DNA from: Lachnospiraceae bacterium
GTDB lineage: Bacteria; Bacillota_I; Bacilli_A; RFN20; CAG-826
Direction of reading: 5' to 3'
Length of the DNA stretch: 64,000 nucleotides
Assembly: GCA_963654425.1 (NCBI GenBank)
Contig: CAVKAR010000002.1
Coordinates: 1,845 to 65,844 of the forward strand
The stretch's first letter is position 1. Each line of letters begins with the position of its first letter. This document shows positions 1-9,939 of the stretch, piece after piece. A program made the position numbers and the translations under genes. The notes under the pieces are model-generated. The model was not told where the DNA came from. It ran no database searches and saw only the letters and a list, made by a program, of their open reading frames with translations.

Positions 1-2460
1 GCGCTCCTATTCATGTCTTTCCATATCGGCTTCGATATCGGAATCGTCTTGATCAAGGGAATCGTCATATCCGCTTTTACTTCTTTGACTCTTCTCCCCG
101 TCATGATCCTTCTTTGCGACAGCCTTCTAAGCAAAACGAAAAAGAAGGTACTTTGCCCAAGCGGCAAACCATTCGCGGATTTATCCATCAAGGGAAACAA
201 AGTGATCTTCCCTTTGGCTTTGGTGCTCGTTTCCGTTTGCGGATATCTCCAGACGAAAACGCCATACACCTTCACTGACTCAAAAGCCGAAAACAGCGAA
301 ATCGCGGAAGTTTTCGGAAACAACAACAGCGTTGTGGTCCTATATAAAAATGTAGAAGATGCCTCGGAAAAAGAAGATGCTTTGGCAAGCCGCATCAAAG
401 AATATCAAAATAGTGACGGCGAAAGCGTTTTGACTAGCTATACATCTTATAGCAATACCGTCGAAGTGCTCTACGACATGAGGAAAGCGGCTCAGAAAAT
501 CGAAACGGATGAAAATGAGGCCTCTCTTCTCATGAACATGTATGCCTTATATAAAGATCCGACGATCGCAAAACTGACTTTCTCGGATTTCCTTTATTAC
601 GTGGATGAGCTTTTCGAAAACGATGCCGACGCCTTGGAATTTGCCGATGAATCGAGCAAACGGCTAGTGGGCGACATCATCAAAGTTGACGGCATCCTCT
701 CTTCAGATTTGTCGGATGAGGAGTTCTATGCATCCGTCTCCTCTTTCGACGATACGGAGATTTCGCTTTTCTCCATCAAGCAGATTTACGGTTTGTATTT
801 CTATGATGAGAAGGAACGTTCGGTTGATTTTCAGACGATGCTGAATTTCATGATTTTGTGCGCAAGCGAAGAGAACATGAAATCTTTCTTCGACGAAGAA
901 AAAACAAATCAGCTTCTTTCCTTGAAAGAGGGCATCGCCCAGTTCCTTTCGCAAATGGATCAAGAGCTCAGCCAAGAGCAGCTAGAAGGCTACATGTATT
1001 CAAATTACGGCGTTCTTCTCTCAAATGAAGAGCTCGCGATGATATACGCTGGTTACTACTATTCGCTTGGGCAAGAAGAAAAAGAGACGATCCCTTTCCT
1101 CCCTTTGATGAATTTCTTGATCAAATCAAACTTAATAACCGATGAAACGGCGATGCAGACCATAAGCGGCTTCAACTCTCTATATGAGACGATAAATTCA
1201 TCATACGATTACGAATCGTTCATACCAGTCTTATCAAAAGTCGCTTCTTCTTTGACAGGCAGCGCAGTCAGCATCGATATCTCAACTGAGGCAATAGAGC
1301 AAATCTACATCGCTTATTTCCGCGAAGTCACAGGCGAGGAATACGAAAAAATCAACGGCAAAACCCTCCTCAATTATCTTCTTTCCGTCTCGAATGATAA
1401 TGAAATAGTGTCAGGAGAGCTTTCAGAAGAAACGAAGAACAAAGCTCAGGATATGCTTACGATCGGCGAATATCTGAGCGATGAAACGCCATATACGTAC
1501 AAAGAGATGTTCTCTAGACTCAAGAGTCTGCAAAACGAAATGCTCAGCGTAAGCGTATCCGAGGGAATAAGTGAAGACAAAATAAGCGGTCCCTATATAA
1601 AATACCTTCAGTCGCTTGGAAAAGATGTCGCCTCGATAAAGGCGTGCGATTTGCTTGATTTCGTAAAGAGCAACATGGATAGCAACGTTTTGCTGAAAGA
1701 AAAGATAGACGATGCCAAACGCGAAAAAATAAACGAAGCGGAGAGCGATATCGAGAAAGCGAACGACCTTTTGAAAGGCAAGGAATATTCAAGAATGCTT
1801 CTATCCATCAATCTTCCGAATGGAGGCGAAGAAACAACGAAATTCGTCAAATATCTAAAGGATACCGTGAAGGATATCTTTGGCGAAGAAGCTCACGTCA
1901 CTGGGGAGATAATCTCCACTTACGACCTAGAGAAATCCTTCGCTCACGATAACCTCTTCATCACGATATTCACGATCGTTTCGATCTTCGTGATCGTTAT
2001 GCTGACGTTCAGATCGATATCGCTGCCAACCATTTTAGTCGCCATCATTCAAGGGGCAGTATTCATCACGATGTCGACGCAATTATTAAGCAGCGGCGTC
2101 TTCTTCATGAGCTATATCGTGGTCACGTGCATCTTGATGGGGGCGACCATCGATTACGGAATCCTCATGTCGAACAACTATATCGAGAACAGAAGGTCGA
2201 TGGATAAAAAAGAATCTCTTCAAAAAGCTGTCCAAGCGGCAATGCCAACGATCTTCACCTCTGGCTTGATTCTAGTTATCTGCGGATTCGTTATCGCTCT
2301 TATCTCATCCCAGTCATCGATTTCCACGGTCGGACTCCTTATCGGCATCGGAGGAATTTCCTCCATTGCGATGATCCTGCTCGTCTTGCCATCGACTTTG
2401 TATTTGCTTGACGGATTCCTCATGAAATTGACGATGAAGAAGAAGCCTTCGAACGAGTAG
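1..2460 (+). CDS. MMPL/RND-superfamily membrane transporter, C-terminal part. The gene starts upstream of the window: the frame is open from nt 1.
   Basis: ORF 13..2460 with no stop upstream to nt 1. A large acidic soluble domain is followed by a C-terminal TM bundle. An SSD/MMPL-like motif GATIDYGILMSNNYIENRR is present. Confidence 0.6.
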   Translation, partial: ALLFMSFHIGFDIGIVLIKGIVISAFTSLTLLPVMILLCDSLLSKTKKKVLCPSGKPFADLSIKGNKVIFPLALVLVSVCGYLQTKTPYTFTDSKAENSEIAEVFGNNNSVVVLYKNVEDASEKEDALASRIKEYQNSDGESVLTSYTSYSNTVEVLYDMRKAAQKIETDENEASLLMNMYALYKDPTIAKLTFSDFLYYVDELFENDADALEFADESSKRLVGDIIKVDGILSSDLSDEEFYASVSSFDDTEISLFSIKQIYGLYFYDEKERSVDFQTMLNFMILCASEENMKSFFDEEKTNQLLSLKEGIAQFLSQMDQELSQEQLEGYMYSNYGVLLSNEELAMIYAGYYYSLGQEEKETIPFLPLMNFLIKSNLITDETAMQTISGFNSLYETINSSYDYESFIPVLSKVASSLTGSAVSIDISTEAIEQIYIAYFREVTGEEYEKINGKTLLNYLLSVSNDNEIVSGELSEETKNKAQDMLTIGEYLSDETPYTYKEMFSRLKSLQNEMLSVSVSEGISEDKISGPYIKYLQSLGKDVASIKACDLLDFVKSNMDSNVLLKEKIDDAKREKINEAESDIEKANDLLKGKEYSRMLLSINLPNGGEETTKFVKYLKDTVKDIFGEEAHVTGEIISTYDLEKSFAHDNLFITIFTIVSIFVIVMLTFRSISLPTILVAIIQGAVFITMSTQLLSSGVFFMSYIVVTCILMGATIDYGILMSNNYIENRRSMDKKESLQKAVQAAMPTIFTSGLILVICGFVIALISSQSSISTVGLLIGIGGISSIAMILLVLPSTLYLLDGFLMKLTMKKKPSNE

Positions 2461-2966
2461 AGCTTACAACGCTATACGAAACTTTTCGTGGCTTATAATT
2501 CGAATTTGTTTCACGTAGCGCAAGCCTAAGATCGCCTGCGAACCGTTCGTTTTACAAGAAGCGGCCAGTTTATCTCAATGTGCCAAAGTCATATCAAACG
2601 ATAGAAAACAAGGCGATGACACTTTGTAGGCCACCAAAGCAATAACACTTACCTTTCTCGTTTGGGCCAAAAAAGCAAAACCGTATTTATGCCGCTTTGA
2701 AAATCAGTGTAGCGATAGCTTCGTTGGCGTCAACCCGTTATTGAAGGAATAGGCGAAGCGATTGAATCACTAACCACATTTGTTTGGGAATATGTCAGGC
2801 AATTAGAAGCGCTACTAATACGCGTTTAAGAATTTTGCGCTTTTATCATCTAATAACGAAATGAGATACGCCTAAACTTGGCGTTTTGTCTATCAAAACG
2901 CGTTCTAAAGCAAGGAAGAGCGCCTTTTTATCGCGGTAAAGAAAGCGTGCCAATCAGAAAACGTTT

Positions 2967-3893
2967 TCACCTTAGTCTGATATGGCATTTTTCTTTTAGA
3001 AAATGCGCAATTTCGCTTTTTTTGCCCTCGTCTTCGTAATAGGCGATTAAAACTTTCTTGTAATCGTCCACGAGTTCGGCGGGGATGAGGATCAATCCAG
3101 CGGCATTTTTAATCAATACGTGGTTGGCGAATATAACCGCCGTTCTTTTGTTGCCATCCAAGAAGAGCTGTTTCTTTTTGATGTATAGCAAGGCGTCTAT
3201 AGCTTTATCTAACGCTTGCTCCCCCGAATTAACTATTTCGTATAGCTCTTCTTTCACTTTATCCTTGAATGGAAGAGGAGGGGCGTAAGTCGATCCGCCG
3301 ATTGTTACGGGCACGTTTCTCAAAACTCCCGTAGTATAGCTCAGCCCCTCTTCCACGATTGCGTTGATTTCAGAGGCAATCGCATAATTGGATGGATATT
3401 CAATGACGCCTCGCGAAAGTATGAATTCCCAAGCGTGTTTCAAATTGATGATCTTTTGCGCATCTTCAGCCGACATCTTGCTTACGATGCCCCCGCTCAC
3501 TAACGCCTCGGTGTCAGAATATGTTGTTGCCACGCCCTCTAGCATTGCTTGCTTGTAAACGGAATCGACAAGGTTCCTTCTCGCTAAATCAATATTCAAA
3601 GAAACGTCTTCGTCTATTGTTTCTTTGACATGATTTTCTTTTTGCAGTTCTTTCTTTATTTCTCTTAAGCGTTTTTTGTATGCTCTCGCCGTGTTGTTGT
3701 TCTCTAAAATTACGTTATATAGATCCGCTGAATATTCCCCAATGTATTTGCTTCTCAATTTTCCGTTTTCTCGCAAATGGACGTATATAAATCTCTTGTT
3801 GTTGCTAACTCTGACTTCGATGGAACCGTAAATCATTTTTTCTAGCCTAATCTCGATTAAATTCTTTTCTTGTAACAATTTTGCGATTTCCAT
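2967..3893 (-). CDS. Fic/Doc-family protein with a degenerate motif (QLFLDGNKRTA; the catalytic His is replaced by Gln)
   Basis: 308-aa ORF. The C-terminal region has a Doc-like HxFx(D/N)(A/G)NKR core with Q in place of H. A palindrome flanks the putative -10 upstream. Confidence 0.5.
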   Translation of the reverse strand: MEIAKLLQEKNLIEIRLEKMIYGSIEVRVSNNKRFIYVHLRENGKLRSKYIGEYSADLYNVILENNNTARAYKKRLREIKKELQKENHVKETIDEDVSLNIDLARRNLVDSVYKQAMLEGVATTYSDTEALVSGGIVSKMSAEDAQKIINLKHAWEFILSRGVIEYPSNYAIASEINAIVEEGLSYTTGVLRNVPVTIGGSTYAPPLPFKDKVKEELYEIVNSGEQALDKAIDALLYIKKKQLFLDGNKRTAVIFANHVLIKNAAGLILIPAELVDDYKKVLIAYYEDEGKKSEIAHFLKEKCHIRLR

Positions 3894-3901
3894 AAGAACA
3901 C

Positions 3902-3946
3902 CATGTGAAACATTTATATGAGTATTATATGCATTTGTTTCACATA
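3902..3946 (-). promoter_or_regulatory. Inverted repeat cATGTGAAACA-N23-TGTTTCACAT enclosing a TATAAT -10 for the Fic/Doc-like gene. Putative operator plus promoter.
   Basis: Seen directly: 10/11-bp arms at 3902-3912 and 3936-3946. On the minus strand TATAAT lies in the spacer, about 30 nt upstream of the ATG at 3893. Confidence 0.45.
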
Positions 3947-4377
3947 TGCAAAAAATGGTATGCGAGCTTTTGAGCGTGCGTTAGCGGTCTTATGCGGCAA
4001 AGGAGTGACGCAAACAGTTAATGTGGCCGGTATCTAAATATGTCTACCACCGATATTTCTTTCAATAATGCTCATCGAATGGCGCATGAATTAAAATAAA
4101 CGTCATCGCAGACTATAACAAAATATGTCTCGCTATGACATGCCGCCCTCAATCAACGACTGTGACGTTTTCTTAATGACGGGCATCCGGACTTCGGGTT
4201 ATTTATATCGTGTAGGGACAATTCGATGAGAAGGATGGCTGCCGCTAATATCATTCAAGGGCTCAAAGACGACGATGCCGCTATCTTTCTAAGAGCGCCA
4301 ATCGATTTGAGTTCGTCTGAGTTCTTTTTTGATTCGCGGTCATAACAAACTTAGGCGTTTTTAAAGGTGGCCAAAGG

Positions 4378-4418
4378 CTTTGAAAATAGCAAAAGCCCAA
4401 GCTTTGCGGCCTGGGCTT
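4378..4418 (-). terminator. Rho-independent terminator after the lipoprotein gene
   Basis: Minus-strand stem AGCCCA/TGGGCT followed by TTTTGCTATTTT, directly downstream of the stop at 4428. Confidence 0.5.
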
Positions 4419-4427
4419 TGGATGTCT

Positions 4428-6050
4428 TTACCAGCAATCGTGGAAGGTTATCGGTCCAGTCTTCTGATAGAGATCCATATATGGGTAGTGATAGTAGACG
4501 GCATTAGCGACGGTATGCATGCAGTCGGACATATAGGTGCTTTGGTAGGAACCGTCGAGCTGGACGTTATACTCATTTTTCACGCCGAAGCAGATGTAGT
4601 AATTCTTGTCGTTTGCCCTTAGTTCCGTGTGATCGACCGCGCCATACCAAGTATGATAGCTAGCGACGGAGAAGGCGTTGGTTCTCTTGAAGTTGCCATA
4701 GTTGTCGTAATAAGCGATTGAGTAATCTTTATCGTCATGCATGAAGCCATGTTTATCGACGTACATGTTGCCGGCGAATAATCCAGACGCTTTGTTATAG
4801 ATGTCTTGGTTCTTGCACCAGAAGCCGGCGGCAGTCAAGTAGTCTTTGATCGTATAAGACGAGGTGCAGTAGTCCCCGCTGAAGGAGCGGAAGTCCTCAG
4901 AGACAGCTTGGACGATATCGAGATTGGGCTGGTAGGTATAGGTGACTTGAAGATTGCCTTGCTTGCCTGCATCGTTTTTATAGGCGAGTATCAATCCTTG
5001 TCTTGAATCACCATACGCTTTGTCATCAAGATCGTAAGTCAATGTGGCAAGGCGGGTGCTGTAGTATTTATTGGTGGCGATGTATTTGTTCATCCCCGTT
5101 CTTTCATAGTCGTAGCGGATGTAATCGATTTCCTTGAGTTTGGCGGCGAATAAGGCGTTGAGCTCATTAACCGCGGCAGCCATATCATTCATCATGAGCT
5201 CATACGTCCTTCTCATGCCTTCGCCTACTTCCTGGGCTTTGTAGTAGATTTGGAACTTCGCCAAATCCGAGAGGAGTATCAAGGCACTGTCGATGTAAGC
5301 GATGAAGTTCTTGACGTTTTTGTAATATTGCATCGTCCATTTGTCGCAGAGACCGATTGTGTGATCGTAATAGTAGAAGATATTCTTCATCGAATCGGTG
5401 GTGTTTGGCTCCAAGGCCTTTCTAGCGAGGGTGGTGACGTAAGTGGCGAAGGGCGAAGCATCGATTATCAAATCCTTGACCCCGTCATCATAAACCCTGC
5501 GGCGCTCTTTCTCGCACTCTTCTTCCGAGATTGTCTCGTCGCATTCAATATTGGAAAGATAAGATAAGCTTCCGGTCACGTAATTGACGTATTTCCAGTT
5601 GGCTTCTTGGAAGAGGTCGAGTACCTTCGTCAAAATGTCTTCGGAGTGGTACTGCTCTTGTTTGGCGGCAATGGCGTCGACTTTCTTTTCGATGATGTTG
5701 AGCTGAGTCTGCATCCTCTCAAGGGTTTTCGTCGTGGCATCCCTCAAGTCGAGGCCGCATTCCTTCAAAAGGTTCAAGGCAATGCATTTAGCGTAAACGG
5801 AGATGCCGCCCGTTATGGCCTCACCGCCTTTGGAAATGATGAGGGAGATAAATTGATCGACCAAGGATTGGTCCGTCGGTTCTTCCGAGAGCCTGGCTTT
5901 CCCTTCTTCGGTGAAGCGAGCCATATGAACCGTTTCTTGGGCAATTATCGGATCGATAGATGAAGAGGCCGTTTCTGTATTTCCGCATCCAACGGCTCCT
6001 AAAGCGGAAGCACTGAGCAAGATGGAGAGCAATGATTTCTTAAGTTTCAT
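4428..6050 (-). CDS. Large secreted lipoprotein of unknown function (N-terminal helical domain, C-terminal Tyr/Trp-rich beta domain)
   Basis: 540-aa ORF. Signal peptide with lipobox (LGAVGC). Strong RBS GAGGAGG. Upstream promoter TTGATA-N18-TACTAT with a TGn extension. Confidence 0.7.
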   Translation of the reverse strand: MKLKKSLLSILLSASALGAVGCGNTETASSSIDPIIAQETVHMARFTEEGKARLSEEPTDQSLVDQFISLIISKGGEAITGGISVYAKCIALNLLKECGLDLRDATTKTLERMQTQLNIIEKKVDAIAAKQEQYHSEDILTKVLDLFQEANWKYVNYVTGSLSYLSNIECDETISEEECEKERRRVYDDGVKDLIIDASPFATYVTTLARKALEPNTTDSMKNIFYYYDHTIGLCDKWTMQYYKNVKNFIAYIDSALILLSDLAKFQIYYKAQEVGEGMRRTYELMMNDMAAAVNELNALFAAKLKEIDYIRYDYERTGMNKYIATNKYYSTRLATLTYDLDDKAYGDSRQGLILAYKNDAGKQGNLQVTYTYQPNLDIVQAVSEDFRSFSGDYCTSSYTIKDYLTAAGFWCKNQDIYNKASGLFAGNMYVDKHGFMHDDKDYSIAYYDNYGNFKRTNAFSVASYHTWYGAVDHTELRANDKNYYICFGVKNEYNVQLDGSYQSTYMSDCMHTVANAVYYHYPYMDLYQKTGPITFHDCW

Positions 6051-6390
6051 GATTGAACCTCCTCAAGAGTTACATTTTAATTATCTTTGTATCTCTTGTG
6101 ACCATATAGTAACACATTTTTTACTTTTGTATCAACTATTTTTATTAAAGTTACATTTTGTTGTTTTTAGCACCACTTTCATTACGCGTGTGCGCGTACT
6201 AAAAAAGGAAAAGACCCGCTTTCGAAGGTTCTTAATGCGAAAAAAGAAAGGGGACCGCTACGCCGTGACCAAAATTGAGCGAAGTCGCTTTTTTCAGTAA
6301 AAGAGATGTCAAAAGTCTACCAAAGCTCCGATGCAAAAGGTCATCTCATCCATGTGCAGCCTTCATTGACTCGTGTTTTTAGATGGCGAA

Positions 6391-7670
6391 TCAGATATAT
6401 TCGATAGGCAAAGAATATAGATTATCTCTAAGCTTCAATTTGTACTTTCCTAAACAAATAATGGCACCAGGGCCGCGTTTTTTGTCTATATCCTTATCTA
6501 ACAAGGGGAAAGCTCCGGCATCGTTTGCTTTCGGATTTGATTTCTTTTTGATTTCAATTGGGTATAGAGTTCCGTTTTCTTCGATAATCAAATCAATCTC
6601 ACTTTCTTCATATTCGATTAGTTCGGTTTCAAATTCATTTATTTTTCTCTTCTTTTCTTTGTCTTTGCCTTTATAAAAATAAATGTATTTCGTGTAATCT
6701 TTGCCGGAATTGATAAAAGTTTTTATTATTTCGTTTACGACAAACGTTTCAAATATATGTCCGGCAAAAGCGCCGTTTTTCAACGTATCCGGAGTTAACC
6801 ACGATGTGAGAAAGGCGGCTAATCCAGTATCTCTAAAAAACAGTTTTGGAGTTTTTATCGCTCTATTTAGGTGCGAGTTGCAATAAGGTTGCAGCAAATA
6901 TATTATGTCGGTCTTTTGCAAAATGCCGATCCACAGTTTTATCGTGTCGGCGCTTACTCCAACGTCACTTGCGATATTTGTATAGTCGAGAATCTGCCCA
7001 GTCCTGGCGGCGGTGGAAACCAAAAACTTATAGAATGTATGGTAATCCTTTATTTTTGTGATTTTATACACGTCCCTTTCAATATACGTCCTAGCATAAT
7101 CCTGGTAAAATTCTTCCCAATCCTTTTCTGGGTGATCATGAAGTTCTGGGTATGAACCTCGATGGATTATCGGCCAAATATCGTCTATTTCTTTTAATTC
7201 TTTCTCTCTAGCCAGAATATATTGTTCATTAGGCAAAAATCTTTCGTTAAAAGAGATTCCGTATATTTCTCTCAAAGAGAGGCCTGCCAGCTCAATAATG
7301 CCAACCATGCCCGATAGAGAATCAGATAGCCCCTCCATCAACGACCACTTTTGAGAGCCAGAAAAAACGTAATTGCCATATCCATCGATATTGTCTAGCA
7401 CATCTTTGATGGATCCCAGTAGTTGCGGGCATTCTTGAACTTCATCGATAAAAAGAGGCCTGTCAAAACTTTCAATAAATCCTTGAGGATCATCAATGGC
7501 GGCAGAAAGAAGGTTAGGGTTTTTGAGATTGATGCGTTTAATCGTGGGAAATATCTCTTTAGACATCCTCGTTTTGCCAACTTGTCTTGCGCCGGTAATG
7601 GCGACAGTTTTGTAAGAGTTGTATTTTTTGATGAACGTTGACTCGATCGCTCTTTTGATATAAGCCATAA
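6391..7670 (-). CDS. AAA+ ATPase of the AAA_14/DUF4143 family (paralog 1)
   Basis: Walker A GARQVGKT. Family-typical length and a C-terminal DUF4143-like region. RBS GAAGGAG 8 nt before the ATG for MAYIKRAI; the listed longer ORF start lacks an RBS. Confidence 0.75.
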
Positions 7671-8020
7671 GTATTCTCCTTCTGACTATTTCCGAATGCA
7701 ATTCGATTTTAGCCAAAAAATATTTTCGATTCAACCAAAGTCCTTCAAAAGCTTGAACCCGTGGTATGAAAGCAATGGGCAATTAATTAAATGATGTATG
7801 ATAAAGTCGCGAACTTCGTCGAACTGCCTAACTATCGTGGGCTCCATTTCCTTGATGCTTTAAGAAGACATATCGGCGTCAGGATGGCTCTTTGATGCCG
7901 TTATAGCGATACATCGTCTAAAGCGAAGATGCGATGCTTATATGCTCTTTGAAAGGTTACGGGGATTCAGAAGAAGGGTGAAATGCAAAATTGGCAATGC
8001 CATGATGATGGCTGCCATAT

Positions 8021-9310
8021 TTAGTCCCGGAGCATATTGATCGGAACGACGTATATCCCGTCGTCTCGTTTGTAGCAAGGGCCGTATGCGGTCAAGATCA
8101 TCATGAAACTTGGGGATGGATTATCGCTCTTCTCAATTATTTTGTTTTTCAGCAAATTCAATTTATTCGCGCCATATTCAACGAGTTCATTGCCACCCAA
8201 TTTGATTTCGACAGCCCCCCATTTTCCATTGCTAAGATGGATAACGGCGTCGCACTCTAATCCCGCATTATCCCTATAGTGTTTGACTACGCCGCCTAGG
8301 ACACTGGAATATATTCGAAGATCTCTCACCGCAAGATCTTCAAAGAAAAAACCAAACGATTTTATGTCGTTCAATAAATCGCTCGGGGAGATTTGCAACG
8401 ACTGGCAAGCGATGGACGGATCAAGGAAGTGCCTCGTCGGAGTAGAAACGATAGATGTCTTAGATCTGATATTGGGGTTCCATGCCTCCAAATCCTCAAT
8501 GATGTATAAATCCCTCAAAGCCTCCGAGTATTCGGCGAATGTTTTCTGATCCATTGTTCTCTCGTTGGACTGTTTTACGTCGTCTATAATGCATTTCGAT
8601 GAAGCTTCCGTTGAAATGTTCCTAGCATAGCTTCTGATGATCATTCTAAGAATTTCAGGTTTCTTCTTTCTGAAGCTCTCATTCTCGCTGTCTTCGAAAG
8701 TGAATAGTCCGTCGTAATAGTTTTTCGTAATGTCCAAAGCCACTTCTTTTTCGCCCATAAGGGAAAGAGGCCATCCACCGCGGCATATCAAAAAAGCAGC
8801 CTCTTTCAATGTGAAATTATCGTTAGCGGAGGCAATGTCGAAATTCTCGTTTTCAAAAAGCTCACGAAGCGAGACCTCGCCCGTCGATTCCAAAGACTCA
8901 AACAGCGATAGCGTTCTCATCGGTATGGTGACGATTCTTCCCGCTCCATCATGCAAAATATCCGATTTGTCAGCGGGGGTCGAACTTCCAGTGAGAATGT
9001 ACTTGCCAAATCGATAATCGAGATCAAGATCTTCCTTTATATAATTCCAAGTATCCGGAACCTTCTGCCACTCATCAATCATATGAGGGGCTTCTCCAGA
9101 TAAAGCAATTCGAGGGTTCATTCTTGTTGTCGTCACAACATTCTTTGTGTTGATTCGATAAATGCTTTTGGCAAACAAGGAGCATGTTGTGGTTTTTCCG
9201 CAGAATTTGGGCCCAGCCACTAAAACGGCGCCAGAAGAGCTCATCTTCCTTTCGATTGTTTTTTCAATGTAACGCTTAAAGTATTTCCTCATGATTTTCA
9301 CCGACATCAT
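8021..9310 (-). CDS. AAA+ ATPase of the AAA_14/DUF4143 family (paralog 2)
   Basis: Walker A GPKFCGKT. 429 aa. Same architecture as paralog 1 but highly divergent in sequence. Confidence 0.7.
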   Translation of the reverse strand: MMSVKIMRKYFKRYIEKTIERKMSSSGAVLVAGPKFCGKTTTCSLFAKSIYRINTKNVVTTTRMNPRIALSGEAPHMIDEWQKVPDTWNYIKEDLDLDYRFGKYILTGSSTPADKSDILHDGAGRIVTIPMRTLSLFESLESTGEVSLRELFENENFDIASANDNFTLKEAAFLICRGGWPLSLMGEKEVALDITKNYYDGLFTFEDSENESFRKKKPEILRMIIRSYARNISTEASSKCIIDDVKQSNERTMDQKTFAEYSEALRDLYIIEDLEAWNPNIRSKTSIVSTPTRHFLDPSIACQSLQISPSDLLNDIKSFGFFFEDLAVRDLRIYSSVLGGVVKHYRDNAGLECDAVIHLSNGKWGAVEIKLGGNELVEYGANKLNLLKNKIIEKSDNPSPSFMMILTAYGPCYKRDDGIYVVPINMLRD

Positions 9311-9571
9311 ATTAACAAAATAAGGTTATTTAAACAATTTACTCCTATGATTTTCAGTCTTTCATTCCTATGATTTTCAATTCAATTGCTGTCAGAAGCT
9401 TTAATAAACACGCCTAAAACGATTTTTAAAGGACTGGATTTCCTTTTGAAGTGATTATCTTCTCAATCTAAGCAGTGAAAAACACTCAATGGGATGGTCT
9501 GCTCTGCCCTCTTCTCTAGGCACACGTTTCGTCTTTTCGAACACGAATGCCTATAGAATTGGCCAAACAAG

Positions 9572-9872
9572 AGCGTTTTGATTAATTTTGCCCCATTTTT
9601 CGTTGCAGCAACACAACAACCTCCACATGCATCTTTATCGATTTCTTGAACCTCGTTTATCAGTTGCGTGCGATCCAGCGGTTTTATTTTCTCAAGGTTA
9701 GAGGAACCTCATAACTTTAAGAAGCGGTCGGCACCGCTTAATTTGAAGGCGTCTTTGGTTTTTAGGATGAATTTTAGTCTAATTGGATCTTTTTCGTTTC
9801 CTTCGATTATCTTTTCGTGGATAGAGTCGAAGACGAACTTGCCAAAGTAATCTAACGGTCCTGCGTTTTTAT
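9572..9872. repeat. Copy 1 of a roughly 230-300 bp degenerate direct repeat. The minus strand reads as decayed coding fragments (..FDSIHEKIIEGNEKD.. and ..LEKIKPLDRTQLINEVQEIDKDAC..).
   Basis: About 80 percent identical to 11300-11560. Contains in-frame stops and a frameshift, so it is a pseudogene-like remnant. Confidence 0.6.
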
Positions 9873-9939
9873 GTTGCGCCCCATGTTGGCCTATAGTCCT
9901 ATTTAAGGCCCAACTTCAGGAGCGCAGTACATTTCCTAG

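Noticed and set aside
4226-4345. 39-codon ORF MRRMAAANIIQGLKDDDAAIFLRAPIDLSSSEFFFDSRS between the lipoprotein and the Fic/Doc-like gene.
   Set aside because: It has no RBS and no recognisable similarity. It could be a small toxin-like peptide, but this cannot be supported.
6022-6300. A 92-aa plus-strand ORF upstream of the lipoprotein gene.
   Set aside because: It overlaps the promoter and leader of the lipoprotein gene, its composition is low-complexity, and it has no RBS.
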